IMG/VR virus record: IMGVR_UViG_3300031578_000002
Coordinates: 1 to 60,289 of that record
DNA: 60,289 nucleotides
From: a virus
Direction: 5' to 3' (one strand)
Below the pieces are notes generated by a model. It worked only from the letters and a program-made list of their open reading frames with translations. It ran no database searches and was not told the DNA's origin. Position numbers and translations under genes: made by a program. Positions 17,274 to 26,873 of the stretch are shown here, in pieces (the stretch's first letter is position 1; each line of letters begins with the position of its first letter).

Positions 17274-18050
17274 TTATTTCACTAAATAATAAATGCCACC
17301 AACACCTACCGCACCTAAACCAACATGAAATAACGTTTTTCCATTTCGAATAAAAAAGTTTTCAAATTTTTGCCATCCATTTGGATTTACAAATTCTTTT
17401 GTCAAATTTGGTATTGCATAACTTTCAATATCAACAGTTTTAAAAAATCCATTAGAGTTTGATACACTAAAGGTTATTGGATATCCCTTCTTTTTTTCAT
17501 TCTTCCATTGGAAATCAATAAATTGTGAATTTGGAAAGTATAGCGAATTAATACTTAATGTTGGCTGTGTTAACGAATTTATTGGTAGCACATTCCCAAC
17601 AGTAAAATTATATTCAACTTCATTGCTATCGTTTTTATATGAATCACTAAAGGTAATTTTTCTATTTGTTGTATCAACAATTGTTTGTCCTTTATGTAAT
17701 AGTGAATCGATTTTTACCGTACTTTTTATCAATGCCGCTGCAATTACATCACTTTTTTTATTAGCTTCAACAATCCTGTTAATGAGTTCTTTTTGTAATG
17801 AATTTAATTGATTATTTATCTTTTCAAGATTGCCAATACTTTGTTGTATTGTTAATTTTTCTGCAACCCATTCATTTCTGATATTCTGATAATATTTAAC
17901 AGAATCTAATAAAGCATCTTTTAATTTTACTTCAACCTGATTATCATTTTTTAATTTACTAATTTTACTATGTTGAAAGTAAATAATTCCTCCCATAATA
18001 ATTATAACACCAATTACTATTAATATTATGTTTCGTGATATGTTTTTCAT
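17274..18050 (-). CDS. membrane-anchored coiled-coil protein (possible spanin-like lysis protein)
   Basis: N-terminal TM, coiled coil, C-terminal Gly-rich hydrophobic tail; near the lysins. Confidence 0.5.
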   Translation of the reverse strand: MKNISRNIILIVIGVIIIMGGIIYFQHSKISKLKNDNQVEVKLKDALLDSVKYYQNIRNEWVAEKLTIQQSIGNLEKINNQLNSLQKELINRIVEANKKSDVIAAALIKSTVKIDSLLHKGQTIVDTTNRKITFSDSYKNDSNEVEYNFTVGNVLPINSLTQPTLSINSLYFPNSQFIDFQWKNEKKKGYPITFSVSNSNGFFKTVDIESYAIPNLTKEFVNPNGWQKFENFFIRNGKTLFHVGLGAVGVGGIYYLVK

Positions 18051-18061
18051 ATTTAAATATA

Positions 18062-18565
18062 TTAATTATTCAAAATATTATTTCTCCAATACTTATAAAA
18101 GGTATCATAATATGATTCAACCCTTTTAATGATTTTATCATTTTCCGGATTATCTGGTGTAAAATCTTCAAGATAGTTGAATTCAACGCCAGATGTACTT
18201 TCATCAGGGGTTACTTTATAAATAAATTGAATAATCCCATCAATTGTCCCACCCCAAAAAATTAAATTATCATAAACCTCTAGATCGATGAACTTAACGT
18301 TAATGTTCATGTCCGAGAAGAAATTATTGAATTTTTCTTCTTCACGAGCCTGATCATAAACAGTTTTTTTATTCTGTTTATTTTCATCGTCATTATGTTC
18401 AACATTTTCATTAATTCCACGTGTAATTTTTAACATATCACGCATGCTTAAGTCATTTTTTTGTGTATTCGTTGTTTCAGCAACATAATTGCCATTACGT
18501 ATACGTTTTATAAATTCTCTCATTTGTATTGGAGATGGTTTATCGTTTATTGTTGTTTTGTTCAT
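18062..18565 (-). CDS. hypothetical late protein
   Basis: Late motif at 18569-18577; repeated MR..LK..R; INE site. Confidence 0.7.
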   Translation of the reverse strand: MNKTTINDKPSPIQMREFIKRIRNGNYVAETTNTQKNDLSMRDMLKITRGINENVEHNDDENKQNKKTVYDQAREEEKFNNFFSDMNINVKFIDLEVYDNLIFWGGTIDGIIQFIYKVTPDESTSGVEFNYLEDFTPDNPENDKIIKRVESYYDTFYKYWRNNILNN

Positions 18566-18577
18566 GATAATAAATAC

Positions 18578-19183
18578 TCATTTACTTTGTAATAATTTAT
18601 TAAATTTTTCTATATCAAATAATGGATTAACATCACTACTATCTTCAATATAATTACTCCTAAAAACAATTCCTCTAAATTTTAGTATATCCTTATGGTA
18701 GTAGTTAAAATCGACACAAATTTTTGGAATATTATATTGTTCACAAAGTTTTTTACATAATTGTGCTACGCTTTTAGTTTGCTCATCAGGTATTTTTTCC
18801 CAATAATTATAACCAAACCATGTTTTCTCAACAACATTATTTTCATCACATTCTTCATTAATCCAATTAACATACCGATTTTGCAATGCTTCATATAAAC
18901 ATCCCATATTTTCTAACACAATTGATATTGACTGTTTATCAGCATTTTTAATTCCTAAAAAATCTGTGTGAAAATCGCTATTATAGTGCTGATATATCGT
19001 TCCATTTCTAGACACAGTAAAAGTGTTCCATTTTTTTGTTTTGCCAAAATCTTTATGTAATAGCCTTGTAATATGATAACTATCTTTTCTTAAACTAGCT
19101 GCTAATACGATTTGTGTTTTAGCTATTCGTGTTTTATATCGATTAATCTCATTAATCTGATATGTTGTTTCATCTATTTGCAT
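18578..19183 (-). CDS. Amidase_2-like protein lacking the usual zinc ligands
   Basis: F.V.RNG.IYQ, SISIVLENMG, Q..SV..L...L, DVNP.FD; IVLAAS replaces IVLHHT. Confidence 0.7.
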   Translation of the reverse strand: MQIDETTYQINEINRYKTRIAKTQIVLAASLRKDSYHITRLLHKDFGKTKKWNTFTVSRNGTIYQHYNSDFHTDFLGIKNADKQSISIVLENMGCLYEALQNRYVNWINEECDENNVVEKTWFGYNYWEKIPDEQTKSVAQLCKKLCEQYNIPKICVDFNYYHKDILKFRGIVFRSNYIEDSSDVNPLFDIEKFNKLLQSK

Positions 19184-19235
19184 TATAATTAATTATTAAC
19201 GTATTCAACCTCAATACCTGCCTCATTAAATATTG

Positions 19236-19403
19236 TCAATTTAATTTCCAATGTTTATTCATTCTAATCTTTTTCGCACGTTTCATTAGGTCATCTAATT
19301 TATCATAATCATCCATCGGATCGGCAATTGTTAATTTTCCTAAATCATCAACTAACTTAAGTGCTTTCTTAATTAAATCTGCCTTTTCTTTGTTTTCTGT
19401 CAT
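19236..19403 (-). CDS. 55-aa hypothetical protein (not in the ORF track)
   Basis: MTENKEKADLIKKALKLVDDLGKLTIADPMDDYDKLDDLMKRAKKIRMNKHWKLN*. Confidence 0.6.
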   Translation of the reverse strand: MTENKEKADLIKKALKLVDDLGKLTIADPMDDYDKLDDLMKRAKKIRMNKHWKLN

Positions 19404-19404
19404 G

Positions 19405-20550
19405 TTATTTCATATTTTCTAATATTCGATATGAATCATCAAAGCTTTCAACAATATCTAATGCTTCTTGATATGTTTTTGATATATATCTCCTTTTACC
19501 TACGGTATTAAAAACACTGACGTTATCCATATCCTTTAAGAATTCATCAACGAGCTTATTTGTACCGATAATTGTTGTTTTTTCCTTAATTAATTCTTTT
19601 AATTCCAACCCACTAATAACTTTATCACCAACATTAATTTTTCCGTTACCGTATATAAAAGTAATTAATGTACGATATCTATCACGTTTTAAATAAAACT
19701 TTTCAAATTTTTGTTCATTTATTACCAATAATTTAAATTCATACCATTCTCTAAAATAAATTCCGCCAAAAATTAAAAATTCACTAAGTATTGCAATAAA
19801 AATAAATAATATAATATTTTGAATATTTTCATCATCAATATTTATATTAGAATTATTTTGTTTTATTTCAAGTGCATTAATCTTTGCAACATATTCGGCA
19901 TTAATTAAATTAATTTCATTTTTTGTTTCATCAATTTTTTTATCATTCTTATCAATATCGCTACGATATCCAGCTTTTATACTTTCCCAACCAATTGGTG
20001 TTTTTTCTATTCTTTGACTTATTGCTTTATTAAGTTCAATTAATTCTTGAATGTAATTCAATTTTAACGTTTTTTGAGCTTCAAATATTTGAGTTATACT
20101 GTCTTTATTTACCTTTGTTAAATTCTCCACAACATTTTTTTTATATGTTCCAATATTCCCAAGATTTTTTGATCCAATTATTGATATATAAAAACTTAAT
20201 ATAATTATCACAATTGAAACTAATAACCAACTTGTTGAGGCTAATCTCATTTTTGCTTTCACATATTCATTAGAAAAATTTCGAATAACATATCGTTTAA
20301 TTACTTCAAATGCAACCAATATTAATATTGTAATTATTGCTGCAATAAATTCACCCATAAAACCATCAATAATATGTATGTTTATTGCCTTCAGCAAGCC
20401 CGGATAAACTAAAAAAATTGAGAAGAAAATTGAAAGCATATTACCCAAAAAGGATAAACGAAATAACCACCAATCCAACCCCCTATTGCTTTCCTCAAAA
20501 TCCTTTTTATTGTTTTTTTTCCTTAATAAATCATATTTATTTACATCCAT
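19405..20550 (-). CDS. 4-TM membrane protein with coiled coil
   Basis: Three N-terminal TMs, coiled coil, fourth TM, C-terminal wHTH-like region. Confidence 0.7.
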   Translation of the reverse strand: MDVNKYDLLRKKNNKKDFEESNRGLDWWLFRLSFLGNMLSIFFSIFLVYPGLLKAINIHIIDGFMGEFIAAIITILILVAFEVIKRYVIRNFSNEYVKAKMRLASTSWLLVSIVIIILSFYISIIGSKNLGNIGTYKKNVVENLTKVNKDSITQIFEAQKTLKLNYIQELIELNKAISQRIEKTPIGWESIKAGYRSDIDKNDKKIDETKNEINLINAEYVAKINALEIKQNNSNINIDDENIQNIILFIFIAILSEFLIFGGIYFREWYEFKLLVINEQKFEKFYLKRDRYRTLITFIYGNGKINVGDKVISGLELKELIKEKTTIIGTNKLVDEFLKDMDNVSVFNTVGKRRYISKTYQEALDIVESFDDSYRILENMK

Positions 20551-20593
20551 AATCAATTAAATTTTTTTGTATATACATACTTTAATTTCAATT

Positions 20594-23500
20594 TTATTCA
20601 AGAACCAATGATGATATTCCATCGGCATCTGATTGTACTTCAATCAAATAATCTGGATTAATATTGGCGTTATGCTCAATAATTAAAACTTTGTTTATGT
20701 TATTTTTTATTAGTTGGAGAACTTCAATAAACTCTTCAATACTATTTTCATCCAATTTGCCCATTACCTCATCTAATAGAAAGATTGCTGGTTTTGCTTT
20801 TACATTTATCTGATTCAATGCAAATTTCAACACAATACTTGAAAATGTCCTCTCTTTGCCACTAGCACTAATACAATCGATAATTGCTTGAGGTCTATCA
20901 TTATAAACTAATTTAGGTTTTAAATCATCAGCATCTAACCATACTTTAAATTGTGCAACGGATAATATTTTCTCAAGAGTTACATTAATCTTTGGAATAA
21001 TATAATTACTTAACATTTGCTTTGGAATACCATCACGATGTACACATTTCTTATATAAATTAATAATAGTATCCTGATATTCTTGTTGTTTAAATTCAAT
21101 AATTAATTGTTCGCTATTTTTAACTCTTAATTGTTTTTCAGCAACACTAGTTTTTTTGATATAAATATCCTCCTTTAAATCATTTTCAATTTCTTCTAAC
21201 GATATTAATTTTTGTTTCGATGCATCAATTCCCTTTTCAATTTTTTTATTTTCCTCAATTTGAATTAAGCTATTTTCATAGCTTATTATTTTTTGTTCAT
21301 TAATTGTTATTTTTAGTTCTTCATTTTGAATTTTTATTGGGATATTATCTAATTCCAATTGAAGTTCTTTGCGTTTATTCACATCATTCATATCATTAGT
21401 AAGCTGACCAATTTCTTTAAGAATGACATCCATGTTTAGGGAATATTGTTCAATTTCGTTTTCAACTGATTTAATGTCTGATTTTAGTTTATCAATATTT
21501 TTTTGATGTGTGATTTTATCGATGCTTTCTTTAATTGTTATCTTATCGGCAATATCAAACATTTCACTTTCCTTAATTTCAATCATTTTTTTTATATGAT
21601 CTTGATGCTCCTTTTTATTTATGACCTGTCCGCATTGACTACAAATTTTACTGTTTTTAAGTTCAATTATTTCATTTTTAAGCTTAACCCCATCTTGTTT
21701 TAATCTAAAAATCTCACCATTAATTATTTCAATTGTGTGTTCCTCATCTCGAATAGTTTGTTCAATTGTTTTTATTTTTAACTTTAGGTTATATTCATTT
21801 AATTTAAATTCATTTTTTTTCACATTAAGCTCCTCAAGTCTATTCTCATCATAAGTTTCTTTTAGTTGAGTAATGCTTTGTATTAAAACCTTCTCACGTA
21901 CCTTAAATTCAACAACATTTTGTTTGTTGATGTCAATATGCTCCTGTACATCATTCACATCTAAATTATATGTTTCTGAATCAATTTTATATAATTTTTT
22001 CGTTAGGTCTTCAACATATTTTTTACCAACATTAATTCTATTATGTGCATCAGGTAATTTATTTGTTTCAATATCAATGATGTTTGATTGAATCGATTTA
22101 ATTTCCTCAGTTAATTTAGTAATATCATTTGTCGTTACCTCAACATTACATGATATTCTTGACTTTTCATTTGCCCTTTTTTGATAAGATTTAATTCCAT
22201 CTAATTTTTTGTCAAAAATATCTAATCCGCTATCATATAATAACGAATCAATAAATATTGCCATGTCGCTAGATAATATTCTATTAAGTGTATCGGAAGT
22301 TGTCATTACAATTCTCATGAAGTTATCATAAGTACCAATAATATTTTCAATATTACTTTGAGTTAAAACTCTCCTGTCCTCATTAAGATTGTCTAATACA
22401 GTTTCTGAATTCAATTCATCGTCAGGCGTTGTAAGTAAATAATATTCTAATACAGTGGGAGCACCATTAATTTCACCATCTTTTGATTTCGTGATTTCAG
22501 TTTTTCTTTTAATTCCAAAATATTCATTATTTGCTTCAATAACAATATATGTTTCACAAGATTTTGCATCGTTTCTGTTATTAACAAACCTTTTATCACC
22601 AAATTTTAGTCGAGTTTCGGTTTCTAATGTTTTATTAAATAATGTATATGTAATAGCTTTCAATATCGTTGTTTTACCAGCAGTATTTAATCCGGTAATT
22701 TGAAATAATCCATCCATATCTCTCCAATCAATATTAAATTCACCATATGACATAAAGTTTTTACCACCAAATCTAATTATATTCCACTCAATTTGCTTGC
22801 TGTTTGAAATATTAATTTCATTTAAAATTTCTTCATCCAATGATATGACATCATTGATTAACTGGTCTTCAACACCTATTTTAGTTAGATATTCTTTAAA
22901 TATTTCATGTTGAACCGATTTTTCAGTAATGTTTTCCAATGTAACATTTTCATTTACCTCAAGTTTTTCAGATTCAAGAAATTCATTTTTATTTGCAATT
23001 GAAGTTATGGTATTACCATATTTTAATTTAATATGTTCAGTTATTTTTCGTTCATTATCCTTGTTTCTTGTTTGCGGTAGAGTATTCCAAATAAATCTAA
23101 TTCTCATAAATTTAGTTGGGTTATTAATTTCAATATCTAAGTCATCAAAATCAACATACTGACTAATTTTAATGTTCTTAAATGAATATTCATTTTCAAT
23201 AGGTATTTCTTGTACTGACTTATTAATAATATCCCATAGTAAGTATCCATGAAAATTATCATCTCCCTCAGAAAAGTCCTGTGACAATAAACTACTTGAG
23301 TATGCTTTAGTTCTGTCTTTATTTAAAAATTGTTGAAGATGAATGTCACCCAAAAATGAATAGTCACCTTTAAAATCATTTAACTTATAATAAGATTTAC
23401 TTTTCATTTCAAATCCGGTTGTTGATTTACAACCATTAATCGGATCATGAAATAAATCAATAAATGTTTTATCTATGGGTTTATTCTTTATATGTTCTTT

Positions 23501-23926
23501 GCCTTCTTTGCTTATCCAAGGATCGTTTTTAGCATCACCATGATGCCAAACAGCCCAGATTATATTTTCATCATCATAAAATCCGGTTTTATCGTAGTAT
23601 ATAACATTGTCGTTATTCAATGTTTTGATAATGGCTTTAACACTATCAATTCTCTTTATGTTTTTTTTTCTAAAATCGTGATTACCCCTAGTTACTCGAA
23701 CAGGTGCAATTTTGCTTAAATCATTAAGTAAGTTATTTGCCATAATTAGCTGCTCGCCCTGTAAATCCAAATAATCATGAACTAAATCACCAACAATTAC
23801 AATTCTATCGGGTTTATTCTTTCTTAGTGATTCAACTAATCTTTTAAAAACTTTTTCATATTCATTATTGCGTGTTGGGGTTTTACGCATATGCAAATCA
23901 GAAATGTGAGCAATTTTAGCTATCAT
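20594..23926 (-). CDS. fused SbcD/Mre11 nuclease and SbcC/Rad50 ATPase (gp47+gp46-like)
   Basis: HISDLH, VGD, GNHD, GDIH; Walker A GLNTAGKTT; zinc hook CSQCG; SASGKE signature; LLDE Walker B; IIEH. Confidence 0.9.
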   Translation of the reverse strand: MIAKIAHISDLHMRKTPTRNNEYEKVFKRLVESLRKNKPDRIVIVGDLVHDYLDLQGEQLIMANNLLNDLSKIAPVRVTRGNHDFRKKNIKRIDSVKAIIKTLNNDNVIYYDKTGFYDDENIIWAVWHHGDAKNDPWISKEGKEHIKNKPIDKTFIDLFHDPINGCKSTTGFEMKSKSYYKLNDFKGDYSFLGDIHLQQFLNKDRTKAYSSSLLSQDFSEGDDNFHGYLLWDIINKSVQEIPIENEYSFKNIKISQYVDFDDLDIEINNPTKFMRIRFIWNTLPQTRNKDNERKITEHIKLKYGNTITSIANKNEFLESEKLEVNENVTLENITEKSVQHEIFKEYLTKIGVEDQLINDVISLDEEILNEINISNSKQIEWNIIRFGGKNFMSYGEFNIDWRDMDGLFQITGLNTAGKTTILKAITYTLFNKTLETETRLKFGDKRFVNNRNDAKSCETYIVIEANNEYFGIKRKTEITKSKDGEINGAPTVLEYYLLTTPDDELNSETVLDNLNEDRRVLTQSNIENIIGTYDNFMRIVMTTSDTLNRILSSDMAIFIDSLLYDSGLDIFDKKLDGIKSYQKRANEKSRISCNVEVTTNDITKLTEEIKSIQSNIIDIETNKLPDAHNRINVGKKYVEDLTKKLYKIDSETYNLDVNDVQEHIDINKQNVVEFKVREKVLIQSITQLKETYDENRLEELNVKKNEFKLNEYNLKLKIKTIEQTIRDEEHTIEIINGEIFRLKQDGVKLKNEIIELKNSKICSQCGQVINKKEHQDHIKKMIEIKESEMFDIADKITIKESIDKITHQKNIDKLKSDIKSVENEIEQYSLNMDVILKEIGQLTNDMNDVNKRKELQLELDNIPIKIQNEELKITINEQKIISYENSLIQIEENKKIEKGIDASKQKLISLEEIENDLKEDIYIKKTSVAEKQLRVKNSEQLIIEFKQQEYQDTIINLYKKCVHRDGIPKQMLSNYIIPKINVTLEKILSVAQFKVWLDADDLKPKLVYNDRPQAIIDCISASGKERTFSSIVLKFALNQINVKAKPAIFLLDEVMGKLDENSIEEFIEVLQLIKNNINKVLIIEHNANINPDYLIEVQSDADGISSLVLE

Positions 23927-23942
23927 ATATAATATTTTTTCA

Positions 23943-23974
23943 CAAATATATTAATATTTAATCAATGTTGCAAG
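23943..23974 (-). promoter_or_regulatory. Bacteroidota sigma70-type promoter CTTG-N20-TATATTTG
   Basis: Immediately upstream of the SbcCD fusion. Confidence 0.7.
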
Positions 23975-24004
23975 CAATTATTATTAAGTCCGATCTAATA
24001 TTAC

Positions 24005-24108
24005 CTGACAAATTATCATACATAACACTAAAATAATTCAATTATTGTCAGAACTAAATCACAGATACTGTAAAGATGTCAGTATCAATATGTTGGCATC
24101 AAATTTGG
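24005..24108 (+). promoter_or_regulatory. three CTGACA-N3-TGTCAG-like boxes plus a sigma54-like -24/-12 element
   Basis: Boxes at 24005, 24037 and 24068; TGGCATCAAATTTGG at 24094-24108. Confidence 0.45.
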
Positions 24109-24152
24109 ATTTAACGACATTAAAATAATTTTATTTTAAAAAAATTAAAACT

Positions 24153-24554
24153 ATGTTGACAATGTATGTAAAACCACAAATGGATTTATTTTTCGATAAT
24201 TTCTTTAATTATCGCACTAATGACACTATGGTTAAAACACCGGTTCATGATGTAATCGAAAATGAAAAGGAATTTCAAATTGAGTTATTATTAGCTGGGA
24301 TTAAAAAAGATGATATCAATATTGATATTGAAAATGACATTCTTACAATCAGTGCTGAACGTAAAGAAGATAAAGATTTAAAGTATAATCGTAAGGAAAC
24401 CTATTTTGGAAAATATAAAAGGGGATTCACACTTTCAGATGAAATTGATAAGGAAAATATTAGTGCTTCATTTGTCGATGGGATATTAAAAGTAATTGTT
24501 CCTAAATTAAACAAACCGACGAAGTTAAGTAAAAAAGTAATTAAAATTACTTAA
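24153..24554 (+). CDS. hsp20: Hsp20/alpha-crystallin small heat-shock protein
   Basis: LAGIKKDDI.I.IE..ILTI, R.F.L...ID...ISA.F.DGILKV.VPK. Confidence 0.92.
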   Translation: MLTMYVKPQMDLFFDNFFNYRTNDTMVKTPVHDVIENEKEFQIELLLAGIKKDDINIDIENDILTISAERKEDKDLKYNRKETYFGKYKRGFTLSDEIDKENISASFVDGILKVIVPKLNKPTKLSKKVIKIT

Positions 24555-24557
24555 AAT

Positions 24558-24584
24558 AATTGAGGTGCTGCTTGCACCTCAATT
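24558..24584. terminator. bidirectional terminator
   Basis: AATTGAGGTGC-tgctt-GCACCTCAATT between convergent genes. Confidence 0.75.
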
Positions 24585-25205
24585 TTATTCATAATCAAAA
24601 TTTATATTATTTTTCTTTAATTTTGTTTTAATATAATTAACCCTATTACTTACTGTTGAGCTTGTTATATTAAATTCTTTTCCAATTTCATTATAATCAT
24701 ATCCTTGAATATATTTCATATCAAGTAATGTATAATCTTGGGGTGACAATTGTGCTGATATGTAATTAATTGAATTATTTGTTTCAAATGTATTATTACT
24801 AGTATTTGCAGATGCAAATGTTAATGAATTAAAATTATTTGTTGTAGTAAAATGTGATGTAGAAGCTGTAAATAACGTATTACCATTAGATATGGAATTA
24901 TTATATCCGTCAATATTCACTGTAGTTGTAGTATTACTTCTCCATTTATCAATCATATAATTTTTAGCAATACTGAAAACCCATGACATAAACTTCGATT
25001 TTGTTTCATCAAATGTGTTTATATTCATGAAAACTTTAATCATTATTTCAGAAACATCGTCATCAAGGTCATGACATAATGAATATTTATTTTTTAAAAA
25101 CCTTTCAACTAATTTTTTATATTTGTTATATAATATCTCTTGTGCCTTTTGACTTCCATTCAAAGTATTTTGAATTAGCGTCATATCTTCGTTTTCTATC
25201 GTCAT
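24585..25205 (-). CDS. ECF-family RNA polymerase sigma factor
   Basis: Region 2 (DDDVSEIMIKVF...F.SWVFSIAKNYMIDKWR) and region 4 (GYDYNEIG.......TVSNRV). Confidence 0.9.
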   Translation of the reverse strand: MTIENEDMTLIQNTLNGSQKAQEILYNKYKKLVERFLKNKYSLCHDLDDDVSEIMIKVFMNINTFDETKSKFMSWVFSIAKNYMIDKWRSNTTTTVNIDGYNNSISNGNTLFTASTSHFTTTNNFNSLTFASANTSNNTFETNNSINYISAQLSPQDYTLLDMKYIQGYDYNEIGKEFNITSSTVSNRVNYIKTKLKKNNINFDYE

Positions 25206-26211
25206 ATGGATTTTGTAGCTTTGTTATAAAATAATCATTGACATTTAAATTTCTTGCAGTTTTTATTGCATAAAGTACCGCATCAATCCCCTGATTTCTA
25301 TATAATTCGTCCAAATCTTCATTTGTTGGCAATTTAATTATTTTAATTTTTTCTTCACAATCAACATAAATACTACGAAGAGTATAATATGCTTCAATAC
25401 TATTCTTATAGGCATCAGGGTCCAATAGAATAACAACTGGTGGTTTTAACTCAACCAATTTATGAAATAATGCAATTGAGATTGTTTTTCCTAATAAAGG
25501 TATGGCATTAGGAATACGGAACATTTCGAAAACGCCCTCAACAATAAAAATCATTGCGTCCCAATTAATTAGTCCTTCATTAAAAATGATTTTACTTTTA
25601 TCTGAATTGGGGTTATCATATTTTTTCTTTTTCTCATTAGGATCATAACTTCTTCCAACAAAATAATTAATCTCACCATTTATTCCATATGATGGTATTA
25701 TGATTCGTTTTGCATATTTTCCTGTGGTACAAAAACCAAGCCTATATTTTAAAATAACATTTCTTGATATTTTTCTTTCATTAACTAAATAATTATACGC
25801 TTCGAAATGCTCTAAATTGTTTTCACTCATTTTTGAAAAAAATATCATTTCATCAGGAAGCTTTACTAATAATTCCTCAATTTCATTATCATCGTCATTC
25901 CAGAAATAGTCGTTTCCAAGAATTGATTTATATGATTTATATAATTCATAATCAGCATGTGAACCATACAACCTAATTAATTTACCCAAAGAACCGCTAA
26001 ATTTAGGGTCTTGACAGGACCAACAGCGAAAAACATTTTTTGCTGTATTAATCTCTAGATTATGTTTACCATCACCATGTGGTAGTCCACTTAGTTCGGA
26101 ACAGCGTGGACAATCTACCTGTAATTGATTGCTAACATTCAACCCCTTAACATCGCCAAAAATATTTTCAATAATGCTGTGAAACTCTATTCCACGTATA
26201 TTACCGTTCAT
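25126..26211 (-). CDS. DnaG-like DNA primase
   Basis: CPRC...CWSC zinc finger, RIIIPSY..YFVGR, TOPRIM IVEG.FE and LDPDA. Confidence 0.85.
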   Translation of the reverse strand: MNGNIRGIEFHSIIENIFGDVKGLNVSNQLQVDCPRCSELSGLPHGDGKHNLEINTAKNVFRCWSCQDPKFSGSLGKLIRLYGSHADYELYKSYKSILGNDYFWNDDDNEIEELLVKLPDEMIFFSKMSENNLEHFEAYNYLVNERKISRNVILKYRLGFCTTGKYAKRIIIPSYGINGEINYFVGRSYDPNEKKKKYDNPNSDKSKIIFNEGLINWDAMIFIVEGVFEMFRIPNAIPLLGKTISIALFHKLVELKPPVVILLDPDAYKNSIEAYYTLRSIYVDCEEKIKIIKLPTNEDLDELYRNQGIDAVLYAIKTARNLNVNDYFITKLQNPYDDRKRRYDANSKYFEWKSKGTRDII

Positions 26212-26263
26212 AAAAAGCTACAAAAAATTACTAATTAGATTTTCTTGTTTGTATACCATAATA

Positions 26264-26294
26264 CAAAAGTAAACAAAAAATGCTTTAAAGCAAA
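26264..26294 (-). promoter_or_regulatory. Bacteroidota sigma70-type promoter TTTG-N19-TACTTTTG
   Basis: Upstream of the primase-sigma pair; overlaps a hairpin at 26272-26314. Confidence 0.7.
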
Positions 26295-26328
26295 TAGTCT
26301 AAAGCATTTTTGTTATGAAGTTTTAATA

Positions 26329-26871
26329 TTAATATCGTTTTTCGTTTTCCAGAAACGGAAAAAATGTGATTAAACGATTAAGAAATCCCGGACAATATAT
26401 CCTAAAATTACCAATACCTGTATTTGGATCAGTTCCTAATTTAATGTGATTATTCTGAAGTTCATTAAATAATTCAATTACTTTAATACCTGTATTATCT
26501 AATGTTGAGAAATTACCAGATTTTAATTGTTGATTTTCAATGAATATTTTTTCATAATCACCTTTTGCAACAGCAATTTCTGCTTTAAGGTTTTTATTTG
26601 ATTCAGATAATAATGATACTTGTTCTTCAAGCCATTCGACACTAACATTTGATCCGCTTGTATCTTCAGCTACAACCAATTTTTCTTCAATAATTGGTGT
26701 TAACTGTACGTCCGATAAAAGTTCTTCAACCTTTTTTTTTGCCCTAGCATCTCGTTCATCAGCTTGTGTGATTGCTTTTTGTTTGATTTTATTCTCAGCG
26801 GGTTTTTTTGCAATCGGTTTTACATTTTTACTATTACCTTTTGCTAATTTTAATAAATTTTTTTCTGCCAT
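26329..26871 (-). CDS. hypothetical coiled-coil protein
   Basis: ORF. Confidence 0.7.
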   Translation of the reverse strand: MAEKNLLKLAKGNSKNVKPIAKKPAENKIKQKAITQADERDARAKKKVEELLSDVQLTPIIEEKLVVAEDTSGSNVSVEWLEEQVSLLSESNKNLKAEIAVAKGDYEKIFIENQQLKSGNFSTLDNTGIKVIELFNELQNNHIKLGTDPNTGIGNFRIYCPGFLNRLITFFPFLENEKRY

Positions 26872-26873
26872 AA

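Noticed and set aside
20594-23926. Giant eukaryotic virus (NCLDV) origin suggested by the Mre11-Rad50 fusion and PolB
   Set aside because: Baseplate gp6/gp25, peptidoglycan hydrolases, a sigma factor and bacterial promoters indicate a tailed phage.
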